From Nitrospirota bacterium (GTDB lineage Bacteria; Nitrospirota; Thermodesulfovibrionia; Thermodesulfovibrionales; JdFR-85): a stretch of 63,895 nucleotides of DNA. Within the stretch, counting starts at the first letter, position 1, and each line of letters begins with the position of its first letter. The notes beneath the pieces were generated by a model that saw nothing but the letters and a program-made list of their open reading frames with translations, made no database searches and had not been told where the DNA came from. Below, one piece after another: positions 46,781 to 56,878 of this stretch. The stretch lies in the NCBI GenBank assembly GCA_011051565.1, contig DRKX01000005.1, positions 1 through 63,895 on the forward strand, given 5' to 3'. Both the position numbers and the translations under genes were made by a program.

Positions 46781-47701
46781 ATGGGCGTCAGGGTTGCAGT
46801 GATAGGTGCGGGATATCTCGGCAGGCATCACGCGAGGGTCTTTTCAGAGATCGAGGAGGCCGAACTCGTCGGCGTAGTCGACGTCGACCGGGATCGGGCC
46901 GGAGAGATTGCGCGCCTGTACGGGTGCCGTGCCTTCACAGATTTCAGGGAGGTGTTTCCCCATGTGGACGCCGTCAGCATAGTGACCCCCACCAGCGTGC
47001 ATCACGATATTGCGATGAACTCCCTGAGGGCGGGAAAGGACATCCTTGTCGAAAAACCGCTCACCCCGACGGTGGAGGAGGCGGAAGAGCTCATCGCCGA
47101 GGCTGACAGGACCGGCAGGATCATTCAGGTGGGGCACCTCGAGAGGTTCAACCCGGCGGTGCTGTATGTTGAGGGCAGGATCGAGAGGCCCAAATTCTTC
47201 GAAGCAGAGAGACTCTCCCCCTTCCAGGGCCGCGGAACGGACGTGGATGTTACCCTTGACCTAATGATACACGATATTGATATCATACTATCCCTCTGCC
47301 GGAGCCCTGTCACGGATGTGCGGGCCGTGGGCGCTCGGGTCCTCACCGGCAGGCTCGATGCCGTTAAGGCATGGCTCGAGATGGAGAACGGGACGAAGGC
47401 TCTCGTCACCGCAAGCAGGGTCTCCACTGAGAAGAGGCGGGTTCTCAAGGTCTTCCAGGACTCTGGATACATGATGCTCGACTATCAGGACCTCGAGATC
47501 CAGACTCACCGGAGAACACCGGCCGGTGCCATTGCAAGGGAGGACATAAGGTTGGACTACAGGGAGCCGCTCAAGGAGGAGCTGCGGGACTTTGCGCTCT
47601 GTGTCATGGACGGAAGGGAGCCGAGGGTGACCGCCCGCGACGGACTTGAGGCGCTCAAGGTGGCGATAGAGATTAATGGAAAGATAGAGGAGACGATATG
47701 A
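46781..47701 (+). CDS. Gfo/Idh/MocA-family NAD-dependent oxidoreductase (GnnA-like UDP-GlcNAc 3-dehydrogenase candidate)
   Basis: ATG 46781 after GGAGG. Rossmann VAVIGAGYLGRHHA, LVEKPL. Sits upstream of a DegT aminotransferase and lpxB. Confidence 0.8.
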   Translation: MGVRVAVIGAGYLGRHHARVFSEIEEAELVGVVDVDRDRAGEIARLYGCRAFTDFREVFPHVDAVSIVTPTSVHHDIAMNSLRAGKDILVEKPLTPTVEEAEELIAEADRTGRIIQVGHLERFNPAVLYVEGRIERPKFFEAERLSPFQGRGTDVDVTLDLMIHDIDIILSLCRSPVTDVRAVGARVLTGRLDAVKAWLEMENGTKALVTASRVSTEKRRVLKVFQDSGYMMLDYQDLEIQTHRRTPAGAIAREDIRLDYREPLKEELRDFALCVMDGREPRVTARDGLEALKVAIEINGKIEETI

Positions 47702-48792
47702 TTCCAATGGTCGATCTGAAGGTCCAGTACGAGGCCCTGAGGGATGAGATTCTCGAACAGATTACCGAGGTGCTCGAAAGCAGCAGATACATACTCGGCC
47801 CGAAGGTGGAAGAGCTCGAGAAGGAAATAGCCGCATACCACGGTGTGAGGGAGGCCGTCGGGGTGGCCTCCGGGACCGATGCCCTCAACCTCAGCCTGAA
47901 GGCCCTCGGCATAGGAGAGGGTGACGAGGTGATCACCACTCCGTTCACGTTCTTTGCCACTGTCGAGGCGATCATATACCAGGGGGCGAGGCCGGTTTTC
48001 GTCGACATCGATCCCGAGACATTGAACATCGACCCCGGGAAGATAGAGGAGAGGATAACCGAGAGGACAAAGGCCATACTCCCGGTGCACATGTTCGGGA
48101 TGCCTGCCGACATGGAGAGGATAACCGAGATCGCCTCGAGATACAACCTCTTCGTGGTCGAGGACTGCGCTCAGTCCTTCGGCGCCCACATCCGGGGAAG
48201 GAAGACCGGGAGCTTCGGCGATGCAGGATGCTTCAGTTTCTATCCGAGCAAGAACCTCGGTGCCTACGGCGACGGCGGGCTCGTCACCACGGACGACGCG
48301 AAGATCGCCGGGAGGATGAGGGTCCTCAGGAACCATGGCTCAGAGAAGGGATACATCCACCACTCGATAGGCCTTAACAGCAGGCTCGACGAGATCCAGG
48401 CGGCGGTGCTCCTGGTGAAGTTCAAGAGGATCGACCACTACCTCACGCTCAGGAGGGAGAAGGCGCGCTTCTACACCGAGCGGCTCTGCTCCACTGTGCA
48501 GTGCCCTGCGGAGCGGAACGGCTTTCACCATGTCTATCACCAGTACACGATAAGGAGTCCGCTAAGAGACAGGATAAAGTCCTACCTCTACGAGCAGGGG
48601 ATATCTTCGGTCATCTACTATCCCGTTCCGCTGCACCTGCAGGACGCCCTGAAGGGGGCCGGTTACTGCAGGGGTGACTTTCCGGTTGCTGAGAGGGCCT
48701 CGCGGGAGGTCCTGTCGCTACCGATATATCCCGAGATGGAGAGGGCAGACCAGGAGAGGGTCTGTGAGGCCGTCAGGAAGGCGGTTGCGTGA
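47698..48792 (+). CDS. DegT/DnrJ/EryC1/StrS-family PLP aminotransferase (GnnB-like candidate)
   Basis: 364 aa. ILGPKVEELEKEIAAYHG, DCAQSFGA, SFYPSKNLGAYGDGG. ATGA overlap with the upstream gene. Confidence 0.85.
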   Translation: MIPMVDLKVQYEALRDEILEQITEVLESSRYILGPKVEELEKEIAAYHGVREAVGVASGTDALNLSLKALGIGEGDEVITTPFTFFATVEAIIYQGARPVFVDIDPETLNIDPGKIEERITERTKAILPVHMFGMPADMERITEIASRYNLFVVEDCAQSFGAHIRGRKTGSFGDAGCFSFYPSKNLGAYGDGGLVTTDDAKIAGRMRVLRNHGSEKGYIHHSIGLNSRLDEIQAAVLLVKFKRIDHYLTLRREKARFYTERLCSTVQCPAERNGFHHVYHQYTIRSPLRDRIKSYLYEQGISSVIYYPVPLHLQDALKGAGYCRGDFPVAERASREVLSLPIYPEMERADQERVCEAVRKAVA

Positions 48793-48817
48793 GAGGCCCG
48801 AAGGCCGACCTTCGGCA

Positions 48818-49960
48818 ATGAACGGCGGTATATTCATAATAACGGGAGAGCCTTCCGGAGAGCTTTACGGTGCACTGCTGGCGAGGGCCTTGAGGTCTCT
48901 GAACGGGGACCTCCACATCTGCGGTGTCGGGGGCGAGCGGATGAGGGCCGAAGGGGTGGACCTCCTGGCGGGCATCACCGGTGCCTTCGGCCTGATCGAG
49001 GCCGTCTCGTCTGTAGGAACCCTCAGGGAGGTCTTCTCGAAGATAAAGGATGCACTCAGGCGGGAGAGGCCGTCCGTGGTAGTCCTCATAGACTTCCCCG
49101 ACTTCAACCTGAGGGTGGCGCGGGAGGCCAAGTCACTCGGGATCAAGGTGCTCTACTACGTGAGCCCACAGGTGTGGGCATGGCGCAGAAAGAGGACGAG
49201 ACGGATAACGGAACTCTCCGACAGGATCGCTGTTGTCCTTCCGTTCGAGGAGAAGATATACAGGGAGGCAGGGGCGGACTGTGAGTTCGTGGGCCACCCG
49301 ATAATGGAGGAGATAGAGAACACGAAGGGCGGCCGCAGCTTCATAAGGGAGAGCCTCGGTCTGGAGCCCGACAGGGAAGTACTCGCCCTGCTGCCCGGCA
49401 GCAGGAGGCATGAGCTGAAGAGGCTCATGCCCCTGTTCGCAAGCGTGGTGGAGCGGTTCAAGGTAGCCCATCCCGGGTTTCAGTACGTCCTCCCCATGGC
49501 CCCGAACCTCTCCTCCGCCGACTTTCAGGAATGGACCGGCATACTCGACGGCCTCGGCGTCAGGACCGTAAGCGGCATGTCCACCGAAGTGCTTTCCGCT
49601 GCTGATCTCGCCCTCATAGCATCGGGAACCTCGACGCTTCAGGCCGCACTGTGCGGTGTTCCCATGGTAGTGGTGTACAGGCTCTTTCCCCTCACCTACC
49701 TCCTGGGAAGGCTGCTCGTCAACGTGAAGTATATAAGTCTCGTCAACCTGCTGCTGGACAGGGAGGTCGTCAAGGAGCTGATCCAGTACAGGGCCGACAC
49801 GGACAACACCGTCAGGGAACTGGATCGGATAATCAGAGACGACGGGGTGAGGCGGTACATGGCGGAGTCCTTCGGGGAGATAAGGGCGCTTTACGAGGGC
49901 CGGAGGGCCTCTGAGAGGGTCGCGCAGATGGTGGCCGAGATGTCGGGGTGGGGCCGGTGA
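48818..49960 (+). CDS. lpxB: Lipid-A-disaccharide synthase
   Basis: ATG 48818. IFIITGEPSGELYGALLARAL, IDFPDFNLRVA, YYVSPQVWAWR. Confidence 0.9.
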   Translation: MNGGIFIITGEPSGELYGALLARALRSLNGDLHICGVGGERMRAEGVDLLAGITGAFGLIEAVSSVGTLREVFSKIKDALRRERPSVVVLIDFPDFNLRVAREAKSLGIKVLYYVSPQVWAWRRKRTRRITELSDRIAVVLPFEEKIYREAGADCEFVGHPIMEEIENTKGGRSFIRESLGLEPDREVLALLPGSRRHELKRLMPLFASVVERFKVAHPGFQYVLPMAPNLSSADFQEWTGILDGLGVRTVSGMSTEVLSAADLALIASGTSTLQAALCGVPMVVVYRLFPLTYLLGRLLVNVKYISLVNLLLDREVVKELIQYRADTDNTVRELDRIIRDDGVRRYMAESFGEIRALYEGRRASERVAQMVAEMSGWGR

Positions 49961-51231
49961 CGAGGGCCTTCGACCTCATGTGCGCGGCTTACAGCCTCTT
50001 CTATGCCTCAGCCCTCACTCTCCTGCTGCCGGTCCACTGCATGAAGAGGCCCCGCCGACTGAGAGGCAGGTGGCTGAAGGAGAGGTTCGGCTTCGTACCC
50101 GGCCGGGGAAGGGCGGGGGAGAGGCCCCTGGTCTGGATCCATGCGGTCTCGGTCGGTGAGGCCATGGCAGCAAGGCCGCTGATCGAGGGGGTGAGGCCGG
50201 AAGCCGATGTCGTCGTCTCCACTGTGACGGATACGGGACAGAAGGTCGTGCGCGACTTCTTGACGGCCGGGGAGGAGTGCATTTACGTGCCATTCGACAC
50301 GCCCTCCGCAACCAGGAGGGCGACCGGCCGCATAAGGCCTGACATGCTCGTGATCATGGAGACCGAACTCTGGCCGAACCTGATCAGGACTGCCCGGGCT
50401 GAGGGTGTTCCCATACTTGTGGCCAACGGAAGGATATCCGATGCCTCTTTCTCGGGCTACAGGAGGATGAGGTTCTTTGTGAAGGGGATGCTCGCGATGG
50501 TGGACTCCTTCTGCATGCAGACCGAGAGGGATGCCGAGAGGATAAAGGCCCTCGGCGCCCCTCCGGAGAGGGTGCGGGTGACCGGCAATCTCAAGTTCGA
50601 TATCAGCCCGCCTGCAGGTGTCCCCAGCTGGTGCGGTGAACTCGGCAGGCCGGTGTTGGTGGCAGGAAGCACCCACGAGGGCGAAGAAGAGATTATCCTC
50701 GATGCGTTCAACTCCATAAAGGGGCGCTTCCGGGGAGCTACTCTCGTCGTTGCACCGCGTCACCCCGAGAGGTTTTCAGAGGTCGAGCGGCTCTTGCGGG
50801 CGAGGGGGGCCGACTTCGCCAGGATATCGGGCGGTGCCGTGAGGGGAAAGGACGTCGTCCTCCTCGATACAATAGGAGAACTGCACTCTGTCTACGGGTG
50901 TGCGGACATATGCATAATCGGTGGAAGCCTCGTGCCGAAGGGCGGGCACAACCTGTTTGAGCCGGCCTCGTGGGCGAGGCCGGTGGTGTGCGGCCCTCAC
51001 ATGGAGAACTTCCCGCTCGCCCGAGAGTTCATAGAGAGCGGTGCCGCTGTCGAGGCCGGGGCGGACGAACTCGCCGGGATCCTGGATGGCTTGCTCTCGG
51101 ATGCCGACCGTGCAAGGGAGATCGGCAGGAGGGCCGGCCTGCTCCACGCAGAGAACTCCGGGGCCGTCCTGGAGACGGTCGGTGAGGTAAAGAGGCTCCT
51201 CAGGGCGTCAGGCAGGGATGCCGCCGCCTGA
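49948..51231 (+). CDS. waaA: 3-deoxy-D-manno-octulosonic acid (Kdo) transferase
   Basis: 427 aa. WIHAVSVGE, ETELWPNLI, GGSLVPKGGHNLFEP. GTG 49948 overlaps the lpxB stop; ATG 49978 is an alternative. Confidence 0.9.
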   Translation: MGPVTRAFDLMCAAYSLFYASALTLLLPVHCMKRPRRLRGRWLKERFGFVPGRGRAGERPLVWIHAVSVGEAMAARPLIEGVRPEADVVVSTVTDTGQKVVRDFLTAGEECIYVPFDTPSATRRATGRIRPDMLVIMETELWPNLIRTARAEGVPILVANGRISDASFSGYRRMRFFVKGMLAMVDSFCMQTERDAERIKALGAPPERVRVTGNLKFDISPPAGVPSWCGELGRPVLVAGSTHEGEEEIILDAFNSIKGRFRGATLVVAPRHPERFSEVERLLRARGADFARISGGAVRGKDVVLLDTIGELHSVYGCADICIIGGSLVPKGGHNLFEPASWARPVVCGPHMENFPLAREFIESGAAVEAGADELAGILDGLLSDADRAREIGRRAGLLHAENSGAVLETVGEVKRLLRASGRDAAA

Positions 51232-52338
51232 AGAGGGACCGCCTTCGTGTTGCAGAGCCTTCATGAGGGCTCTCGAGAAGTTGTCGACCAGGAAGGGGTT
51301 GAACTCGGTGCCTGAACCCTCCTTCATCAGAGCGATGATCTCCTGTATCTGCCAGTCCCGCTTGTAGGGCCTTCGGCTCCTGAGGGCGTCGAAGAAGTCC
51401 GAGGTCGCGATTATCTGGCTGCAGAAGTGTTGTTTCCTTTCGCCGGCGTTGAGTGAGGGGTAACCCTTGCAGTCGTATCTGAGGTGGTGCTCGAGCGCCG
51501 CGATTGGGGCGAGCTGTGTAAGGCCGTCGATCTTCGCGAGGTACCTGGCGCCGTGGAGGGTGTGCAGCTTTATCTCCTCCCACTCCTTCTTGTCGAGCTT
51601 GCCCTTCTTCTCGAGGATATCCTTGGAGATGAACAGCTTGCCCACGTCGTGGAGAAGGGCCGCTATTCCGATGTCGTGCAGTAAGTCGTCCCTCGCACCG
51701 AGTGACTCGGCCTGGAACATCGAGAGTATAGCCACGTTGGTGGCGTGCGTGTAGGTGTATTCACTGTATGCCTTTACAGGGCTTATCAGCTTGAGTATGT
51801 TCGCCTCGCGCTTGAATGTGACGATGAAGTTTACGACGATCTCCTCGAGTCCCGATACGCTGATCCGCCTGTAGGGTGATATGCTGTGATATATCTCCTT
51901 CACCCGCTCGACCTGCTCCGACGTTAGGACCTCGCCGTCACCCTTGATCTTGTACTTGCTCGTCCTGACGTCTATTATTCCGGTCTTTATATGAGGATAC
52001 GGCTTGAGTTCACTCTCGGGATCGCTCAGGTCGGCTATGAACTGCCTGAGTTCCGCATAGGTGACGCCCTTCAGGAAGTCGATGCGCGATATCCCCTTCC
52101 TCTTTAGCCTCTTTATGAAGCTCGTCCCGTGATGTCCCATGTTCCTTGCCGGCGTCTTGTTCACGACGAGGTGATCCTCGACCACCATTATCTCGAGACT
52201 CTCTCGCTCGGTCAGAAGCCCGTTGAGGGTGTCGAGGGACTTCTTCGTCAGGTTCTCCACGGATACGTGCTCCTTGGAGTAGAGGGAGCAGTTCGATATG
52301 GCGGACATCAGTGTCGAAATAAAGGTCTTTGCAAACAC
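51208..52338 (-). CDS. HD-GYP domain protein (putative c-di-GMP phosphodiesterase) with N-terminal sensor-like domain
   Basis: 376 aa. THATNVAIL, AALLHDVGK, HTLHGARYL, HHLRYDCKGYP. Confidence 0.85.
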   Translation of the reverse strand: MFAKTFISTLMSAISNCSLYSKEHVSVENLTKKSLDTLNGLLTERESLEIMVVEDHLVVNKTPARNMGHHGTSFIKRLKRKGISRIDFLKGVTYAELRQFIADLSDPESELKPYPHIKTGIIDVRTSKYKIKGDGEVLTSEQVERVKEIYHSISPYRRISVSGLEEIVVNFIVTFKREANILKLISPVKAYSEYTYTHATNVAILSMFQAESLGARDDLLHDIGIAALLHDVGKLFISKDILEKKGKLDKKEWEEIKLHTLHGARYLAKIDGLTQLAPIAALEHHLRYDCKGYPSLNAGERKQHFCSQIIATSDFFDALRSRRPYKRDWQIQEIIALMKEGSGTEFNPFLVDNFSRALMKALQHEGGPSSGGGIPA

Positions 52339-52341
52339 TCT

Positions 52342-54507
52342 TCAGTTGCTCCTTGCCTCTTTTATTCTCATCGAATCGTGCCTTATGCGCTCGTTCTTCG
52401 ACTTGAGCCCCTTCTCAACGAGGTCCCGTACATGCTCGTAGGGGTAATACCTGAGAGACCTGTATATCGCCTCTTTCAGCCGCTCGACGGCGTTCTTGAA
52501 GAGGATACTCCTCGTAGAGAGCGCCTTCCTGACGGCGTCGAGCGCCTGGGGGTCGCCTATCTGTCCGAGCGCCCTCACGATGGGTATCTTTTCATAGATG
52601 TCCTTGCCGGTGATGCCTTTCTTCCTGAGCATCTGTATCAGGTCTGGCACCAGCTCCTTCACCTTGTAGATGCCGGCCAGGGCTACGGCCTGCTCCACAA
52701 GTTCCCTGTTCTCCGAGTGGAGGTAACCCCGCAGGGCGTTGACCCCGTAGGCGTCGCCTTCCTTCAGGAGGCACTTGATCGCCTCGAAGCTCACCTTCGG
52801 GTTCTCGTGGTGACAGTAGGGCCTAACATGGGGAAGCACTTCCTTGGAGCCGCACTCGTTCAGAATGTGCAGCATGTTCCTCTTCACGAACCACCTGCTG
52901 TCGCTTATGTGCTTTATGGCGGCAGGTATAGCCTTGTCACCGAAGTTGGTTATCAGGCTTATCAGGAAGTGCCTGATCGACTGCGACTCCTCGACAACGA
53001 GCGCTTCGATCAGCGGCTCTATGATGCGCTCTCCGTAATAGTCGCACAACTGTTGGGCGTCCTCCCTCGCCTGCCTGCCGATGATCCTGAGCGACTCTAT
53101 GAACTGCGCAATGAACTCGGCCGACTTGTAGTACTTGATGGCTTCCAAGCTTATGTCCGGGAACTTCTTTTTCGATATGTTCGCCTCGATGACCCTGAAT
53201 ATCTTCAGGACCTGGCCGTACTGGCCGGTCTCTATGAACTGTGCTGCCTCGTCCTTGATAGTGTTTATCAGATACTCGTATTCGTCTTCGGCTATTATGT
53301 CCGAGCTGATGAGTTCGAGCATCGTCTGGTTGAAATAACGCTCCACAAGCTCGTCGCTGCATGACTTTCTCAGCTCCTCCAGCTCCTTTGATGCGACCTC
53401 GGATACGTCGAACCAGAGTACCCTCTCGATCTCCTTCTGGTAGACGTCGGTCACGTAGGACTCGAAGTCTCCCTTGCCCAGGAGGGTTACGACGTCGGGG
53501 GAGAGGAATATGTCGTCGGCTATGATGCTGTCTCCGAACGTGGTGTCCTCGGAGCCGAGCTGGTAGAACTTCGAGAACTTGTCGAGCAGGTTCTTCAGGG
53601 CCGCCGGTATGGTGACCTGCTGTTCGTCTATGGTGCTCAGCAGCTCGATGATCTTGTCCACTGATATCTCCCTGAGGGCACGCTCAGTGGACCTGATGTC
53701 AGTGGTGACGTTGTTGATTGCGGACGAGAGGAACTGCCTCTTCAGCTCGGGCCTGAGCTTGCTGATGAAGTCAATGAGCCGTGCCAGTTCCCCGCTCGAG
53801 AAGGCCTTCTTTGCAGACCTCTTCATGTACGTGTTGATCACCCTCTCACAGCCCGCTTCCTTTATCTTGCCGGGGTCGGTCTCGTTGAGCATCTCGGCGA
53901 GCGTCTCCGGTGGGATATTCTGAATCACGTCCGAGGCACCGTCCGTCTGCAGGGTGCCGTCGAGGAGCCCGCGCACATAGCGCTCCCACAGGCCCGGACC
54001 GGCCGTCCCTCCAGCCGCACCACCGTCTCCTTGCTCTGTCATGCCTTCACCGAAAGAGAAGGCGTCGTAGTCTATGAAGCCTACATCGATGTGGAGCAGG
54101 CCATACCCGTCGAGTATCTCCTGGAGCGCCTCTGGTGTCAGTTCCTTCGTGTCCACGGAGAGGAAGCTGAGAAACTTGTAGAGTTCATCCCTCGTCAGGC
54201 CGGCCCGTAATGTGACGGAGGCGATGTTCATTCCGCTTATGTGGAGGGCGAACTCCCTGAAGGCGGTATTCTTCTTGTCGAGAGTGCTGTCGTCGATCAT
54301 GATGGTGTCTTTTGCAACGGCGAAGGTTATCGTGGGTCTCACCTCGAAGAGCCGTTCGAGGCTGTCGAAGGCCTTGTCCAGCGACTTCTCGACCGAGGGA
54401 TGACCGGGGGGATAGATGTTTACGTTACGGCGCGAGACGTTTAATTCGAAGATGGCCTCACTGAGCAATCGGGCGTCAAGGGGAAGTATTTCCCTGTCGT
54501 CAGCCAT
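52342..54507 (-). CDS. Large HEAT-repeat protein (721 aa) with N-terminal domain paralogous to that of the downstream HD-GYP protein
   Basis: C-terminal third carries PBS-lyase/HEAT-like repeats (AIPAAIKHISDSRWFVKRNMLHIL, VRALGQIGDPQALDAVRKAL). Stop is 3 nt before the HD-GYP start. Confidence 0.7.
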   Translation of the reverse strand: MADDREILPLDARLLSEAIFELNVSRRNVNIYPPGHPSVEKSLDKAFDSLERLFEVRPTITFAVAKDTIMIDDSTLDKKNTAFREFALHISGMNIASVTLRAGLTRDELYKFLSFLSVDTKELTPEALQEILDGYGLLHIDVGFIDYDAFSFGEGMTEQGDGGAAGGTAGPGLWERYVRGLLDGTLQTDGASDVIQNIPPETLAEMLNETDPGKIKEAGCERVINTYMKRSAKKAFSSGELARLIDFISKLRPELKRQFLSSAINNVTTDIRSTERALREISVDKIIELLSTIDEQQVTIPAALKNLLDKFSKFYQLGSEDTTFGDSIIADDIFLSPDVVTLLGKGDFESYVTDVYQKEIERVLWFDVSEVASKELEELRKSCSDELVERYFNQTMLELISSDIIAEDEYEYLINTIKDEAAQFIETGQYGQVLKIFRVIEANISKKKFPDISLEAIKYYKSAEFIAQFIESLRIIGRQAREDAQQLCDYYGERIIEPLIEALVVEESQSIRHFLISLITNFGDKAIPAAIKHISDSRWFVKRNMLHILNECGSKEVLPHVRPYCHHENPKVSFEAIKCLLKEGDAYGVNALRGYLHSENRELVEQAVALAGIYKVKELVPDLIQMLRKKGITGKDIYEKIPIVRALGQIGDPQALDAVRKALSTRSILFKNAVERLKEAIYRSLRYYPYEHVRDLVEKGLKSKNERIRHDSMRIKEARSN

Positions 54508-54584
54508 GAACTAATTTTAACATAAAACCGGAGAGTGTACAAGCATTTTCATCACGCCGGGCGGGCCGGCGTGATGTGCTGTGC

Positions 54585-55604
54585 TTAACCGATCAGTCTC
54601 TCGGCGATCTGAACGGCGTTCAGGGCGGCTCCTTTCCTGAGGTTGTCGGCAACGATCCACATGTTTATGCCGTTTTCGACCGACTCGTCCTCCCTCACCC
54701 TGCCGACGTAGACCTCGTCCTTGCCGGCGAGCTCGACGGGCATAGGGTAGACGTCCTTCTCGGGCGCATCGAAGACCACGATGCCCGGGAAGGCTGCAAG
54801 CATAGCCCTGACGTCGTTGGCGGTGAGCTTCTTCTCGGTCTCCACGTTGACGCTCTCGGAGTGACACCTGAAGACGGGGACCCTCACGGTCGTGGCCGTC
54901 ACCCTTATGGAGTCGTCGCCGAGTATCTTTCTGGTCTCGTTGACCATCTTCATCTCTTCCTTGGTGTAGCCGTTGTCGAGGAACGAGTCGATGTGGGGCA
55001 GCACGTTGAAGGCTATCTGGTGCGGATAGACCTTGCACTCCACGGGCTTGAAGCTGAGCATGTCCGTTGTCTGCCTGAGCAGCTCGTCCATAGCCTTCTT
55101 GCCCGTTCCCGAGACCGACTGGAAAGTCGTGACCACCACCCTCTTTATCCTCGCGGCGTCGTGGATCGGCTTGAGCGCCACCACCATCTGTATGGTCGAA
55201 CAGTTAGGGTTTGCGATTATGCCCTTGTGACGCTCGATGTCGCCGGGGTTGACCTCGGGGACCACGAGAGGCACCTCCGGGTCCATCCGCCAAGCGGACG
55301 AGTTGTCGATCACCACGCAGCCCGAGCGTGCCGCCACCGGCGCCCATCTCTTCGACCTCTCTCCGCCTGCCGAGAAGAGGGCGATGTCGACCCCCTCGAA
55401 GGAGTCCTCCTTGAGGGTGTTCACCACGATGGACCTGCCCCTGAAATCTATCCGCTTGCCCGCGGACCTCTCCGATGCGAACGGCAGCAGTTCCTCGACA
55501 GGGAACTTCCTCTCGTCGAGGATGGATATCATCTCTTCTCCGACCGCTCCGGTCGCACCCACAACGGCCACCCTGTATTTCTCTTTCTTTTCAAGCATCT
55601 TCAC
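54585..55604 (-). CDS. asd: Aspartate-semialdehyde dehydrogenase
   Basis: 339 aa. VAVVGATGAVGEEM, IANPNCSTIQMV, SVSGTGKKAM. Confidence 0.93.
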   Translation of the reverse strand: MKMLEKKEKYRVAVVGATGAVGEEMISILDERKFPVEELLPFASERSAGKRIDFRGRSIVVNTLKEDSFEGVDIALFSAGGERSKRWAPVAARSGCVVIDNSSAWRMDPEVPLVVPEVNPGDIERHKGIIANPNCSTIQMVVALKPIHDAARIKRVVVTTFQSVSGTGKKAMDELLRQTTDMLSFKPVECKVYPHQIAFNVLPHIDSFLDNGYTKEEMKMVNETRKILGDDSIRVTATTVRVPVFRCHSESVNVETEKKLTANDVRAMLAAFPGIVVFDAPEKDVYPMPVELAGKDEVYVGRVREDESVENGINMWIVADNLRKGAALNAVQIAERLIG

Positions 55605-55712
55605 TGCTCCTCTGTCTTTGATTTTTCAATAGTCCTGCTTGGGGTCATCGTCATCGCCGGCCGGTCGAGAGGGCTCTCGAACATGCCCCTGACCCCACGG
55701 CGTATCGTCCTG

Positions 55713-56810
55713 CTATAGTCGCCCGACGTAGTCTGCAACGAGGTCGCCCACCTCGGAAGTACTCATGCCCATCCTCCCTGCGGCGAGGCTCTTTATGTGC
55801 TTGCCGGTCACCTCCATCACCGCCTTCTCCACCATGGCGGCCGCAGCATCCTCGCCGAGGTGCTCGAGCATCATGCCGCCTGCGCATATTGCGGCGAGGG
55901 GGTTTATCACGTTCTTGCCCGTGTATTTCGGTGCTGAGCCACCGATGGGTTCGAACATGCTGACGCCTTCGGGGTTGATGTTGCCTCCGGCGGCTATCCC
56001 CATTCCGCCCTGTATCATGGCGCCGAGGTCTGTTATGATGTCTCCGAACATGTTGTCCGTCACGATCACGTCGAACCACTCCGGGTTCTTCACGAACCAC
56101 ATCGTTATCGCATCCACGTGGGCGTAATCCGTCTCTATATCCGGATACTCGCCCGCCACCTCGTCGAACGTCCTCTGCCAGAGGTCCCACGCGAAGGTGA
56201 GGACGTTGGTCTTCCCGCAGAGCGTGAGCTTCTTGGCCTTGTTCCGCTTCCTGCAGTAGTTCAGCGCATACCTTATGCACCTTTCCGCACCGAGCCTGGT
56301 GTTGACCGATTCCTGGATCGCGACCTCGTTCGGAGTACCCCTCCTCAGGAAGGCCCCGCCGCCCACGTACAGGCCTTCCGTGTTCTCTCTGACCACCACG
56401 AAGTCTATGTGCTCCGGCCCCTTGTCCTTGAGGGGACAGTCGACGCCGGGGTAGAGCTTTATAGGCCTGAGGTTTATGTACTGGTCGAGCTCGAACCGGA
56501 GTCTCAGCAGTATGCCCCTCTCGAGGATTCCCGGCTTTACGTCCGGGTGTCCGATGGCCCCGAGATATATGGCGTCGTGCTTCCTGAGTTCTTCGATGAC
56601 GCCGTCGGGAAGCGTCTCGCCGGTTCTCAGGTACCTGTCTCCGCCAAGGTCGTAGCGGGTGAAGTCGAGCTTGAAGCCGAACCTCTCCGCCGCCGACTCG
56701 AGGACCTTTATTCCTTCCCTGACCACCTCAGGGCCTGTTCCGTCACCTGCAATGACGGCGATGCTGTAAGAATTCGACATGGTTTCAGAACTCCCTTCGT
56801 CTTGATTCAC
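55713..56810 (-). CDS. leuB: 3-isopropylmalate dehydrogenase (isocitrate/isopropylmalate dehydrogenase family)
   Basis: 365 aa. [44 protein letters not shown]. Confidence 0.85.
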   Translation of the reverse strand: MNQDEGSSETMSNSYSIAVIAGDGTGPEVVREGIKVLESAAERFGFKLDFTRYDLGGDRYLRTGETLPDGVIEELRKHDAIYLGAIGHPDVKPGILERGILLRLRFELDQYINLRPIKLYPGVDCPLKDKGPEHIDFVVVRENTEGLYVGGGAFLRRGTPNEVAIQESVNTRLGAERCIRYALNYCRKRNKAKKLTLCGKTNVLTFAWDLWQRTFDEVAGEYPDIETDYAHVDAITMWFVKNPEWFDVIVTDNMFGDIITDLGAMIQGGMGIAAGGNINPEGVSMFEPIGGSAPKYTGKNVINPLAAICAGGMMLEHLGEDAAAAMVEKAVMEVTGKHIKSLAAGRMGMSTSEVGDLVADYVGRL

Positions 56811-56878
56811 GGCTGAACGGAAGATGAAAACTCATGTATAATATCATAAACCATTTCAAACTTTGAAGGAGGACGAGA

